Source: Nannocystaceae bacterium
GTDB taxonomy: Bacteria; Myxococcota_A; Polyangia; Nannocystales; Nannocystaceae
Direction of reading: 5' to 3'
Length of the DNA stretch: 46,034 nucleotides
Assembly: GCA_046351635.1 (NCBI GenBank)
Contig: JAXLYC010000019.1
Span: 1 to 46,034 of the forward strand
Position 1 is the first letter of the stretch. The number at the start of each line of letters is the position of its first letter. Made by a program: the position numbers and the translations under genes. Under the pieces are notes generated by a model. It was given only the letters and a program-made list of their open reading frames with translations, was not told the origin of the DNA and did not search any database. Shown here in pieces: positions 29,837-39,176 of this stretch.

Positions 29837-31543
29837 GTGCACCGCCACGTCCTGACCCTCGCCGTGACCTGCGCCCTGGGTGGGTGCCGAGCGCACGACC
29901 CCGAATCGCAGAGCCTGCAGCCGGGCGAGAGCTCCTCGGACAGCGGCGCCGACGCGTCGTCCGCGGGCCCGAGCAGCGCGTCGGGCGGCGGCGACAGCAG
30001 CACGGGAACCAGCGACGACACCGGCACCTCGAGCACTGGCGCGGACGCGCCGCAGGGCATCGTCGCGATCCTCGCCATCCGCGAGGTCGACGGCCGGGTG
30101 CAACAGCACCGCGTGCGGCTGCAGCACGGCGCACCGCCGCAGTTCGAGCGGTTGCACCCCGACGATGGGCGCTCGTGGATCGAGACCGTCGAGCTCTCCG
30201 ACGGTGGGCTCGTGCTGCACGCCGAGGGATCCGACGGCACCACGCTGTGGTCGGTTGCGGTCGACGACAGCGGCGTCGGTGAAGCCACCCCGATCGCCAC
30301 CGTGGGTGGACCCGCCGGCATCTCGACCCTGCAGGCGATCCCGGGCGCGGCGGCGGTCGCCTTCGTCGACGTGGGCGAAGGCAACGCCTACCGCGTCGAC
30401 TTCGACGACGTCGACGACCCCGCCGCGGCGATCGTCGCAACCGACGTGATCGTCGGCGGACCCGTGAGCCCAGACGGCGCAGCCATGCTCGTCACACGAT
30501 CACCGAGTCCCGGCGGCGGCGTCGCGCACTGGCAGCGCGCTCGGCTGGTTGCGCCCGGCGGGGTCGAACCGATCGCGTTCGCGCCCAGCGTGGGCGACAC
30601 GTTCGCGGGCTTCACCGCCGACGGCCGCGGCGCGTGGTTCACGACCTTCGACAACGCGGCGTTCGCCAACGGCGACGATCTCTATTACGTCGACTTGACC
30701 TCCGACCCGTTGGCTGCGCCGGTGCGGGTCAACGACGTCGTCACCGACCCCGACGAGCGGCTGGTGCCGTGTCAGGGCGACGTCGTCAGCGCGGCCGCCG
30801 GCGCCAGCAGCCACGTCGTCGACGACCTCGCGACCGGCGAGCGGCGGCGGTACGTCTCGCGGGTCGTCGACGGCACGCCTCAGCCGAGCGAGGTGATCGC
30901 GGTCGGCGTGGGCGCGTCCTCGGACGAGTGCCGCTGGTCCGCGGACGGGTCGTGGTTGGTGTACGAGGGCGGCGACCTCGACACCAGCACGCTCGACATG
31001 CTCGCGGTCGAAGGCGGGGCCCCGCGGGACATCGCGACGCTGGTGGCGTGGCCGCGCGGCGAGGAGCCCTTCCGCGTCGTCGCCGGCGACGCCGACGGCA
31101 TCGTGCTGGTGCACCGCGTCGACGACCCCGATTTCGCCGAGCTGTGGCGGGTGCCGCTCGTCGACGGCGTCTCCGGTGAGCCCGAGCTGCTGGTCGATGC
31201 CGAAAGCGACGGCGCGCCGCCGCGCAACGGTCTCGATGCCGGGGTCACGCCCTCACGCCCGCCGATCGCAGGATCGATCCTCTATCGCGGCAAGTACGGC
31301 GACGGCCACGCGATCTGGATGGTCCACACCACCGACGCCACACTCGAGCAGATCAGCGACGAAGATCCCGGCGCCGAGGTGTTGGCCGGCTCGATCGCGC
31401 CCGATGGCACCTTCGTGACGTACGGATTGTGGGACGAGCAGACCGCGTCCGCCGAGCTGCGCGTCCGCGACCGCATGCTCGGCGGACCTTCGATCCACCT
31501 CGCCGATGGCGTGGTCGCGGAGCGCTTTGCCAGGCAGCCGTAG
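29837..31543 (+). CDS. Hypothetical lipoprotein (probable beta-propeller fold)
   Basis: GTG start in frame (VHRHVLTLAVTCALGGC lipobox). Ser/Gly/Asp linker. Repeated DG/WxxDG-like segments. TAG at 31541-31543. Convergent with the dehydrogenase gene. Confidence 0.55.
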   Translation: MHRHVLTLAVTCALGGCRAHDPESQSLQPGESSSDSGADASSAGPSSASGGGDSSTGTSDDTGTSSTGADAPQGIVAILAIREVDGRVQQHRVRLQHGAPPQFERLHPDDGRSWIETVELSDGGLVLHAEGSDGTTLWSVAVDDSGVGEATPIATVGGPAGISTLQAIPGAAAVAFVDVGEGNAYRVDFDDVDDPAAAIVATDVIVGGPVSPDGAAMLVTRSPSPGGGVAHWQRARLVAPGGVEPIAFAPSVGDTFAGFTADGRGAWFTTFDNAAFANGDDLYYVDLTSDPLAAPVRVNDVVTDPDERLVPCQGDVVSAAAGASSHVVDDLATGERRRYVSRVVDGTPQPSEVIAVGVGASSDECRWSADGSWLVYEGGDLDTSTLDMLAVEGGAPRDIATLVAWPRGEEPFRVVAGDADGIVLVHRVDDPDFAELWRVPLVDGVSGEPELLVDAESDGAPPRNGLDAGVTPSRPPIAGSILYRGKYGDGHAIWMVHTTDATLEQISDEDPGAEVLAGSIAPDGTFVTYGLWDEQTASAELRVRDRMLGGPSIHLADGVVAERFARQP

Positions 31544-31554
31544 GCGCGACGACG

Positions 31555-32817
31555 TCAGCGCGTCAGCAACCCCACGGTGTCGACCACCGACGGCCGGTTG
31601 AACCACTCGCGCCGCAGCCGTGCGAACGCGCGGTGGGCCACCAGCACCACGACGATGTCGGCGGTGCGCAGGGCTTCCTCCGCGCCCACCAGCGGCACGC
31701 CCGGGATCGGCGAGTTCTGCAGGTGGGGCTCGACCGCGACGACGTCGCCGAAGTCCGCGGCGGCGAGCTCGCGCACGACCTCGATCGCCGGGCTCTCGCG
31801 CACGTCGTCGATGTCGGGTTTGTAGCTCAGGCCCAGGCACGCGATCTTCGGCCGCTTGAAGCGCTCCGCGACCGTGCGGACCTGCGCGACCACGCGGTGC
31901 GGTCGCTGATCGTTGACGCGGCGTGCGGCGGCGATGAGCGGGGTGTGCTCGGGCGCGACCGCGATGATGAACCACGGGTCGACCGCGATGCAGTGTCCAC
32001 CCACGCCGGGACCCGGGCGCAGGATGTTCACGCGCGGGTGACGGTTGGCCAGCTTGATGACCTCCCACACGTCGAGGTCGAGCGCGTCGCACACGTTCGA
32101 CAGCTCGTTGGCGAAGGCGATGTTCACGTCGCGGAACGCGTTCTCCGACAGCTTGACCAGCTCCGCCGCGTCGGCGGTGCAGCGCAGCACCTCGCCGGCG
32201 ACGAAGCGCTCGTAGAACGCGGCCGCGACCTCGGTGCAGGCGGGGGTCACGCCGCCGACGACGCGGTCGTTCTCGACCACCTCGCGGATGACGGCCCCGG
32301 GCAACACCCGTTCCGGTGCGTGCGCCACATAGACGTCCTGGCCGGCCACGAGCCCGGCCTGGGCGAGGATCCCCGCGACCATCGTGCGGGTGGTCCCCGG
32401 CGGGCTGGTCGACTCGAGCACGACGAGGTTGCCCGGTCGCAGCACCGGCACCAGCGCGCGCGTCGCCGACTCGACGTAGCTCAGATCCGGCGTGTGCCCC
32501 GGTCCGAAGGGCGTGGGCACGCAGATCAGGAACGCGTCCGCGGGCTGCGGCGTCGCGAACGCGCGCAGCCGCCCCGCGCTGACCGAGGCCCGGACCAGCG
32601 CGTCGAGCTCGGGCTCGACGATGTGGATCTTCCCCTCGTTGATGGTCGCGACCACGTCGTTCCGTGTGTCGGTGCCACAAATTTTCATCTGCCCGCGGGT
32701 CGCGAGCACCGCGGCGGTCGGCAACCCCACGTATCCGAGACCGATCACACAGACATCCCATGCGCTCGATGCGGTCGGGTCTGCAGCTGCGCGTGAAGTG
32801 GGCGATGACGTGTTCAT
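31555..32817 (-). CDS. UDP-N-acetyl-D-mannosamine / UDP-N-acetylglucosamine 6-dehydrogenase (WecC/WbpA family)
   Basis: Near-colinear match to WecC: VCVIGLGYVGLPTAAVLATRG, GKIHIVEPELD, CVPTPF, RVNILRPGPGVGGHCIAVDPWFI, KPDIDDVRESPA. ATG at 32817 (the second start of the ORF). Confidence 0.85.
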   Translation of the reverse strand: MNTSSPTSRAAADPTASSAWDVCVIGLGYVGLPTAAVLATRGQMKICGTDTRNDVVATINEGKIHIVEPELDALVRASVSAGRLRAFATPQPADAFLICVPTPFGPGHTPDLSYVESATRALVPVLRPGNLVVLESTSPPGTTRTMVAGILAQAGLVAGQDVYVAHAPERVLPGAVIREVVENDRVVGGVTPACTEVAAAFYERFVAGEVLRCTADAAELVKLSENAFRDVNIAFANELSNVCDALDLDVWEVIKLANRHPRVNILRPGPGVGGHCIAVDPWFIIAVAPEHTPLIAAARRVNDQRPHRVVAQVRTVAERFKRPKIACLGLSYKPDIDDVRESPAIEVVRELAAADFGDVVAVEPHLQNSPIPGVPLVGAEEALRTADIVVVLVAHRAFARLRREWFNRPSVVDTVGLLTR

Positions 32818-32958
32818 CTGCAAGACTCCATGTCATGCTACGGGCAAAGTCGTGATCGCGTCCATGGTGGGTAGGTTCGATTCCTCGCCGCGGTGGGTCC
32901 GGCAGCGCGCCGCGACTGTCATCGCCCGCGCGCTCGCGACAAGGATCGGGGTCTGGCC

Positions 32959-34473
32959 GTGAACGCATCCCTGGGCACGCTGTGGCTCGGCGCGCTGGTC
33001 TCGTTCGCGCTCGTCGCGGGCGCGATGCCGCTGGTGCTGCGGGCGTGGCGGTCGCTCGGTCGTCGCGACGACGAGGTCAGCCTGCGCAAGGTCCACACCG
33101 GCCAGATCCCGCGCGCCGGCGGCCTGGTCATCCTGTTCGGCTTCGGCGTGATGCTGGTCGCCGGCCTCGCCGGCGTCAGCTCGCTGTCCGCGACCCACGA
33201 GCTGTTCTCGGTCTCGCCGCTGACCGGCGCGCTGGTCGGCGCGCTCGTGGTCGGACTCACCGGCGCGTGGGATGATCTCATCGGCCTGCGGCCGCGGACC
33301 AAGCTCGCGATGCAGCTGGTCGGCGCGACGCTCGCGGTGCTCTACGGCCTGCACTGGCCCGCGCTCGAGTTGCTCGTGGGCTGGGAGTACAACTGGCTCG
33401 CGACGCTGCTGACCATCGGCTTTCTGGTCGCGTCGGTGAACGCGGTCAACATGATGGACGGGCTCGACGGGCTCGCCGCGGGCATCTGCCTGGTGGGCTT
33501 CGGCACCGTGGTCGCGGCGATCTTCGCCGGCCCGACCCTGGTCCCGGGCACGCTCGCGGTCGGCTGGGCCGCGGCCTGTGCCCTGGGTGCCACCGGCGGC
33601 TTCCTGCTGCACAACCGCCACCCCGCGCGCGTGTTCATGGGCGACGCGGGCAGCTACTTCCTGGGCTTCCTGCTGCCGGCGCTGCTGGTCCAGGTGGGCC
33701 CGGTGCGCTGGCGCGTGCCGGAGATCCAGCTGTCGATCGCGATCCTGCCGCTGGCGGTGCCGATGTTCGACATGACGCTCGCGATCGTGCGCCGGACCCT
33801 GCGGGGCCAGCCGATCTTCAGCGGCGACTCCGACCACGTGCACCACCGGCTGATGGCCGCGGGCTTCACCCACGCGCGCGCGGTGACCGTGCTGTGGCTG
33901 TCGGCGGCGATGTTCGGATCGCTCGCCTACCTCAACGTCATCGGCATCGGTGGATGGTGGACGCTGCTGGGCACCCTGGTCGCGATGGTGCTGGCCGCGG
34001 TGCTGCTGGGCTACCACCGCATGCTGGCGCAGCTGCCCGCGTTCACCGGCGAGCGCTTCCTGGGCTGGCGGGATCGTCGCCGCGAGGTGATGGAACTGCT
34101 CGACACGCTCGAGCACGTGCGACTGTCGGGCAACGACCGCGGCGAGGTCCGCTGGCGCCGGGTCGCGCCCGACCTCGCGCTGGTGCTGGGACGCCTGGGC
34201 ATCCCCGCGTTCCAGATCCGCCGCTTCGACGACGTCGTGGTCGGCAGCGGCGACGCGCGCGATGCCTGGGCGTGGCTGAGCCTGCCGGTGCCGGGCGAGG
34301 ACGGGGCCGAGCTGCGACTGGCGCTGGCGGTGCGGCTGCCCGAGCTGCAGCAGGAGCGCCTGATGCTGATCGAGCGCGCCGTGCTGGCGGTCGCCGGCGA
34401 CGGCGGTGCCGCGGCGCGTCAGCTGACGGTCGTGCGCGGCGGCGGCGAGCGTCCCTCGGCCGCCGCGCCCTGA
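32959..34473 (+). CDS. UDP-HexNAc:undecaprenyl-phosphate HexNAc-1-phosphate transferase (WecA/MraY GT4 family) with a C-terminal extension of about 170 aa
   Basis: GTG at 32959. RKVHTGQIPRAGGLVILFGFGV aligns with WecA. Has the NAVNMMDGLDGLAAG and VFMGDAGSYFLG motifs. Protein-like sequence continues about 170 aa past the last transmembrane helix. Divergent from the dehydrogenase gene across a 141 bp intergenic region. Confidence 0.8.
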   Translation: MNASLGTLWLGALVSFALVAGAMPLVLRAWRSLGRRDDEVSLRKVHTGQIPRAGGLVILFGFGVMLVAGLAGVSSLSATHELFSVSPLTGALVGALVVGLTGAWDDLIGLRPRTKLAMQLVGATLAVLYGLHWPALELLVGWEYNWLATLLTIGFLVASVNAVNMMDGLDGLAAGICLVGFGTVVAAIFAGPTLVPGTLAVGWAAACALGATGGFLLHNRHPARVFMGDAGSYFLGFLLPALLVQVGPVRWRVPEIQLSIAILPLAVPMFDMTLAIVRRTLRGQPIFSGDSDHVHHRLMAAGFTHARAVTVLWLSAAMFGSLAYLNVIGIGGWWTLLGTLVAMVLAAVLLGYHRMLAQLPAFTGERFLGWRDRRREVMELLDTLEHVRLSGNDRGEVRWRRVAPDLALVLGRLGIPAFQIRRFDDVVVGSGDARDAWAWLSLPVPGEDGAELRLALAVRLPELQQERLMLIERAVLAVAGDGGAAARQLTVVRGGGERPSAAAP

Positions 34474-34480
34474 GCCGGCA

Positions 34481-36070
34481 TCACTGCGACCGCGGCGGCG
34501 CGGTGCGAGGCGGCCGCGCGGCCGCGGCGTTGCGGCTCGCGACCACGCGCGGCATCGGTCCGGTCACGTGGACGTCGAAGTCGTCGCCCTTGCGCGTGAC
34601 CACCGCGTGGGTCGGCGCGCGCGCCGGTGTCAGGCCCAGCAGCGGCGCAAGCGACTCGAGCCCGCGCAGCTGCGACAGCATCTCGCCCTCGATCGCGAAC
34701 GCGGCCGAAAGCAGATCCTCGGTGGTCTTGCTGCCCGGGGTCGCGCCCTTGGTCTGCTCGAGCCACTCGCCCAGGGCCTCGTTGGCCGAGGGCCCGACCG
34801 CGACCACGACCGCGCCGGCGTGCTCGCTGCCGGCGAACGCGATGCGTAGCGCACCCTCGTCGTCGATGAGCGGCGCGAGCTCCGGCGGCAGCAGCTTGCG
34901 TGCGTTGTCGACCGCGATCACGTGGATCGACACGCCCGCCGCGGTCGAGCGGTTGCGCTTGAACCGCAGCTTGGGCACCGACACGCCGAAGGTGCGCGCG
35001 AGATCGAGGTTGCCCAGCACCGCGTCGATGAGGCTGCCGACCGCGCCGCTGGCCTTCTTGGGATCGTCGGCGCCCAGCGCCAGCAACACGTGGCGCTTGG
35101 GGCCCAGGCCCACCAGCACGCGGCCGTTCCAGCTGCGCAGCACCGCGTTGTAGCGCTTGAGCATGTCCTCGAGCACGCCCTTGACCAGGAAGTTCTGCTT
35201 GTCGACCGTGCGCGTGGCCTGGCCGATGAGATCCTTCACCACGGTCTGGTACTTGGCGTAGCGCGAGCTCGCGGCCGCGACGATCGACGGCGATGCCAGC
35301 AGCCCCGTGAGCGCGCCCTCGGTGAAGTCGGACAGCTGCGCGATGGGGCCGTCGCCGTCGGCGGTGATGCGGAAGTCGGTCACGTCCTCGCCGACCAGGC
35401 CGATGCGCTGGAACGGGAACGAGGGCACGCCCTTGCGCACCTCGGCGCCGTCGAGCGTCAGATACAGCCCGTGCTTGCCGTAGGCGCGGCCGAGCTCGCG
35501 CGCGGTCGCGAGGCCGCGCTCGTCGCTCGCGAGCGCGAGCGTGGCGTTGGCGGTGTCGAGCCACGCGAGCTTGGGTGGCGGCGGCGTCATCTCGATGGCC
35601 TCGCGCGGCAGCTCGACCGCGCCGAACTTGCCCACCGCCTTCTTGCCGCGCAGCAGTGCCTGGACCTCGGCCAACCGCACGCGCTCGATCGGCACCTGCA
35701 CCACCAGCTGACCTTCGACCAGCGCCGCGCTCCACGGCCGCGCCAGATCGAGGTCGTCGACCAGCTGACGCTCGAACGAAAGACCGACGGCGCCGAGCAG
35801 CTCGCGCAGCACCGCGCGGGGATCGTTGCCCAGGCCCAACGTCTGGCCCAACGCCGCCAGCGCAGGCGCAGGCGCGGCGACGTGGCTCGCGAACGCCGGC
35901 TTGGCCGCCAGGCTGTAGGGCCGCGGCATCGACGGGGGCGGCGGCGCCTCGCGCTGCCGACCGTGCACACCGCCGGTGCCCGGGGTCGTCGCGCCGGGCT
36001 TGGGATCGTGCTTGCACGCCACCGGGGCGAGCAGGAGGAGCGAGAGCAGCAACCGCGGCGAGCGTCGCAT
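34481..36070 (-). CDS. Hypothetical lipoprotein
   Basis: MRRSPRLLLSLLLLAPVACKHD lipobox. 529 aa with balanced composition. ATG at 36070 confirmed. Confidence 0.6.
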   Translation of the reverse strand: MRRSPRLLLSLLLLAPVACKHDPKPGATTPGTGGVHGRQREAPPPPSMPRPYSLAAKPAFASHVAAPAPALAALGQTLGLGNDPRAVLRELLGAVGLSFERQLVDDLDLARPWSAALVEGQLVVQVPIERVRLAEVQALLRGKKAVGKFGAVELPREAIEMTPPPPKLAWLDTANATLALASDERGLATARELGRAYGKHGLYLTLDGAEVRKGVPSFPFQRIGLVGEDVTDFRITADGDGPIAQLSDFTEGALTGLLASPSIVAAASSRYAKYQTVVKDLIGQATRTVDKQNFLVKGVLEDMLKRYNAVLRSWNGRVLVGLGPKRHVLLALGADDPKKASGAVGSLIDAVLGNLDLARTFGVSVPKLRFKRNRSTAAGVSIHVIAVDNARKLLPPELAPLIDDEGALRIAFAGSEHAGAVVVAVGPSANEALGEWLEQTKGATPGSKTTEDLLSAAFAIEGEMLSQLRGLESLAPLLGLTPARAPTHAVVTRKGDDFDVHVTGPMPRVVASRNAAAARPPRTAPPRSQ

Positions 36071-36219
36071 CGTGTTGGACCCTACCAGGAAGACCACGCG
36101 CGGGCACGCGCGCGCATGGGGCACTGACGCCGCGCGACAGCGGCGGCTTCAGCGTCGCGGTGGCCGACGTGGCGCGGCACACCGGTAGCCCGCCAGCTTT
36201 GCGCCAGCCTGCAGCGCGC

Positions 36220-37068
36220 TCACGGTCGCGGTGTCGGATCGAGCACGCAGCGGAAACCGATCGCGACGTGACGCACCACCGGCGGCACCAAGCGTCGTGC
36301 CGGCGCGCGCGCAGCCCAGTGTGGATCGCTCCAGGCCGCGCCCTTCACGACCGCTTGGCCGTGCTCGCCGCCGGCGGTCCACTCCGCGACGTTGCCTGCG
36401 AGGTCGAGCACACCCTCGGGGCTCGCGGCGCGCGGCCGTGCACCCACGGGTTGCACGTCGCCCATGCCGTGCTCGCGCGTGTTCGCGTGCTCGGGCACGA
36501 AGCGATCGCCCCAGGGGTAGTCGCGACCATCGACGCCCCGCGCGGCGCGTTCCCACTGCGCCTCGCTCGGCAGCGAACCGAAGCCGCCGCGCTGCTCACC
36601 CCACCACGCGCAGTAGGCCTCGGCCTCGACGCGGCTGACCAGCACCGCGGGCTCGTGGACGCGTGCGGGCTGCGGGCGGCCGTGCTGCCAGGCGTAGCGC
36701 GCGGGCGGCTGCGCCGCGGGCACGCTGCACTGTTGCCGGGCCGCCAGCGCGGGGTCGATCCACGGCTCGGGCGCGCCGGTGCTCCACACGAAGCGCGCGT
36801 ACTCGTCCTGCGTGACCGGGTGGATCATGATGTGGAACGCACCGAGGCGCAGGTGGTGCTCGGCCAGCTCCTCGCGCACGGCCGCGACCGCGCCGCGGGG
36901 ATCGCTGTCGCTGCGAGCGGCCTGCTCGATCGCGCGCGAGCGCGAGTCGAGGCTGGAGCCCATCGTGAAGCTGCCCGCGTCGATCGTCACCGTGCCGGCG
37001 GTGTCGAGGTTGCCGTGGCCGCAGCCGATCGCGATCGCGACGGCGCCGAGCGATGCGAGCGCGCGCAT
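36220..37068 (-). CDS. Formylglycine-generating enzyme (SUMF1/FGE) family lipoprotein
   Basis: MRALASLGAVAIAIGCGHG lipobox. FTMGS, AEAYCAWWG, LPSEAQWERAARG, YPWGD, GNVAEW and a C-terminal RHVAIGFRC. Confidence 0.75.
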   Translation of the reverse strand: MRALASLGAVAIAIGCGHGNLDTAGTVTIDAGSFTMGSSLDSRSRAIEQAARSDSDPRGAVAAVREELAEHHLRLGAFHIMIHPVTQDEYARFVWSTGAPEPWIDPALAARQQCSVPAAQPPARYAWQHGRPQPARVHEPAVLVSRVEAEAYCAWWGEQRGGFGSLPSEAQWERAARGVDGRDYPWGDRFVPEHANTREHGMGDVQPVGARPRAASPEGVLDLAGNVAEWTAGGEHGQAVVKGAAWSDPHWAARAPARRLVPPVVRHVAIGFRCVLDPTPRP

Positions 37069-37154
37069 GACCGCGTCATCGGCCGCGACCGCGCGCGGCT
37101 GCAGCGCGGACGGAAGCGGGCCACCGACGCGGCGCGGCGGCCCGCGAGCGGCGC

Positions 37155-37901
37155 TCAGCTGCGCCGCGCGGCGGCGGCCTCGAGCGCGGGGCGGAACTTC
37201 GCGATCGCGTCGCCGATCACGGGCGCGCCGTGGGCCGGCAGTACGTGGGTGAACGGCAGCCGCAACACCGCGAGCAGATCTTCGGCCGGCGGCTTGCACT
37301 GCGACAGCCACCCCGGCCCGACGTTGTGCGGCTTGATGAAGCCGAACCTGCGCATCATCAGCGCACCCAACCAGCTGAAGAACTCGTCGCGTTGGGCCCA
37401 GTTCTGCAGCGCATCTCCGGCGATGACGACGCCGTCGTGACGCTCGAGCAAGAGCAGCGCCTCGGGCGGCGTCGAGCGGAACATGTGCACGCTCGCACCA
37501 CGCAGCGGCAGCTTCGTGCTGGCGTCGAAGCGCTGGTCGGGCTCGAAGTACGGCGGCGCCTTGGGCGAAAAGCCGGGCATGTACGGCGCGTCGACCGGCG
37601 CCCATACCCGCGCGCCGTAGTGCTGCTTGTAGAAGGGATCATCGGCGCCGTGGTTGCCCGCGAGGCGGATGACGTCGGTGACCTTGCCCAGGCGATCGAG
37701 CGCGGCCAGGCCGTCGGGATCGAGCCGCACGCTGTTGACCAGCACCAGCCGCTCGCCCTCGCGCACGATCGTCATCGCGCGGCTGAAGCGGACCGGCAGC
37801 GGCCCCGGCATCGCCGCGGTGCCGGTCACGAACCACAGATCGGGCAGGACCTCGGTCAGGACACCGTGCGGACGTGCGGGCGGGTGCGGGCGTGGCTTCA
37901 C
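37155..37901 (-). CDS. Hypothetical protein (possible metallo-hydrolase fold); start uncertain
   Basis: 248-aa ORF with a GTG at 37901 and non-degenerate composition (VIRLAGNHGADDPFYKQHYGARVWAPVD...). Confidence 0.45.
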   Translation of the reverse strand: MKPRPHPPARPHGVLTEVLPDLWFVTGTAAMPGPLPVRFSRAMTIVREGERLVLVNSVRLDPDGLAALDRLGKVTDVIRLAGNHGADDPFYKQHYGARVWAPVDAPYMPGFSPKAPPYFEPDQRFDASTKLPLRGASVHMFRSTPPEALLLLERHDGVVIAGDALQNWAQRDEFFSWLGALMMRRFGFIKPHNVGPGWLSQCKPPAEDLLAVLRLPFTHVLPAHGAPVIGDAIAKFRPALEAAAARRS

Positions 37902-37985
37902 CCCGCTGGCGTAGCAAGCGTCGGCGCCGAGGGCCAGATGACAGATCGGCCATTGTCGGGGGTGATTTCCGCCAGCGGACGGCGC

Positions 37986-39161
37986 TCAGCCGGCGGTGCG
38001 CCAGCGCTGCGCGACGATGGTGCTGGCCTTGCGGTCGGGATCGTCGCCGGGCCCCGCGAGCAGCCACGCGGTCTCGCCGTCGATCCACAGCGGCCGCAAC
38101 CACTGCAGCCCCGGCGGCGGCGCGATGGCGTGCTGCTCGCCGTCCGAGACGGCCGTGATCACGGCGCGCTCGGCATCGTCGATCGTGAGCACGCGACCGT
38201 CGTCCGCGACCATGCCCCAGCCGCCGTGGCCGATCCGATCCGGCAGCGGGCCGACCGCGCCGCGGCGCCCCCTCGCCCACCGGCGCGAGCCACAACGTCG
38301 CGTCGCGGTACCACGCGGCCGAATCGAGCTGGGCATCGACCCGCACGATCGCGCCGGCGCTGCGATCGATCGCGACCTCGGCGAGCTCGCCGAGCGGCCG
38401 CATGCAGGGCGAGCCGCGTGATGTCGCGCGCACAGCGACGTGCGGCGATCGAGCGCCTGCAGCAGCGCGCCGCGGGGCAGCGCGCGCGGCCGCGTGGCAC
38501 CGGCGGCGATGGGCACCAGCCCGCCGTCGGGATCGACCGCGACCACGCCCGACGCCTCGAGCTCGACCCCAGCTCTGGCCGTCGCCGACCGCGAGGACCT
38601 GCGTCGCCAGCTCCGGCAGCGACACCCGCTCGAGCGCGCCGTCGCCCCACGGTCGCCGCAACAGCACGTCCTGGGTCGCACCAGCGGCCGCGCGATCGCC
38701 GCGACGCCGCGATCACCGGTCGCGACGCGCACGGCACAGCCGTCGGGCGCGGCCGGGTCGGCGCGCAGACCGCCGCACCGCGCAGCGCTGACCACGTGGG
38801 TCCAGCCCTGCAGCGCGCTGGCTCGAGTCGCCCTCGTGGCGCATGTATGTCGTAGCGGCGCGCCTGCCGGTACGACGCGTCGGCCCCGTGCACCGACAAG
38901 GTGTTGCGCACGTCGCGCGCTCGACCACGTCGCAGGCTGCTCGCAGCCGTCGCCGCAGCCGATCCACGACGGCGCGCAAGCTCGCTCGGGCTCGGCCACG
39001 ACCGTGGGCTTCGCCGCAGCCGCTGCGGGCACGCGAGTTCAGGCCCGGCCCGCCCGCACCGGCGCGCCGCCAGGCACGGACTCGGGTTGCGGCGTCGCGC
39101 GCCACGTCGGCGCGCTCGACCACGCCGCGGGTGCGGTGCACGCCGCCAACAGCACCCACAT
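37986..39161 (-). pseudogene. Lipoprotein gene (signal MWVLLAAC) fragmented across all three frames, with at least four frame changes
   Basis: The ATG at 39161 gives MWVLLAACTAPAAW.... Protein-like segments lie in the frames of ORF 37986..39032 (AGVELEASGVVAVDPDGGLVPIAAGATRPRALP; GPLPDRIGHGGWGMVADDGRVLTIDDAERAVITAVSDGEQHAIAPPPGLQWLRPLWIDGETAWLLAG...*) and ORF 37639..38667 (LLRRPWGDGALERVSLPELATQVLAVGDGQ; RPLGELAEVAIDRSAGAIVRVDAQLDSAAWYRDATLWLAPVGEGA), in alternation. Confidence 0.4.
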
Positions 39162-39176
39162 GATCGCGAGCCCGCG

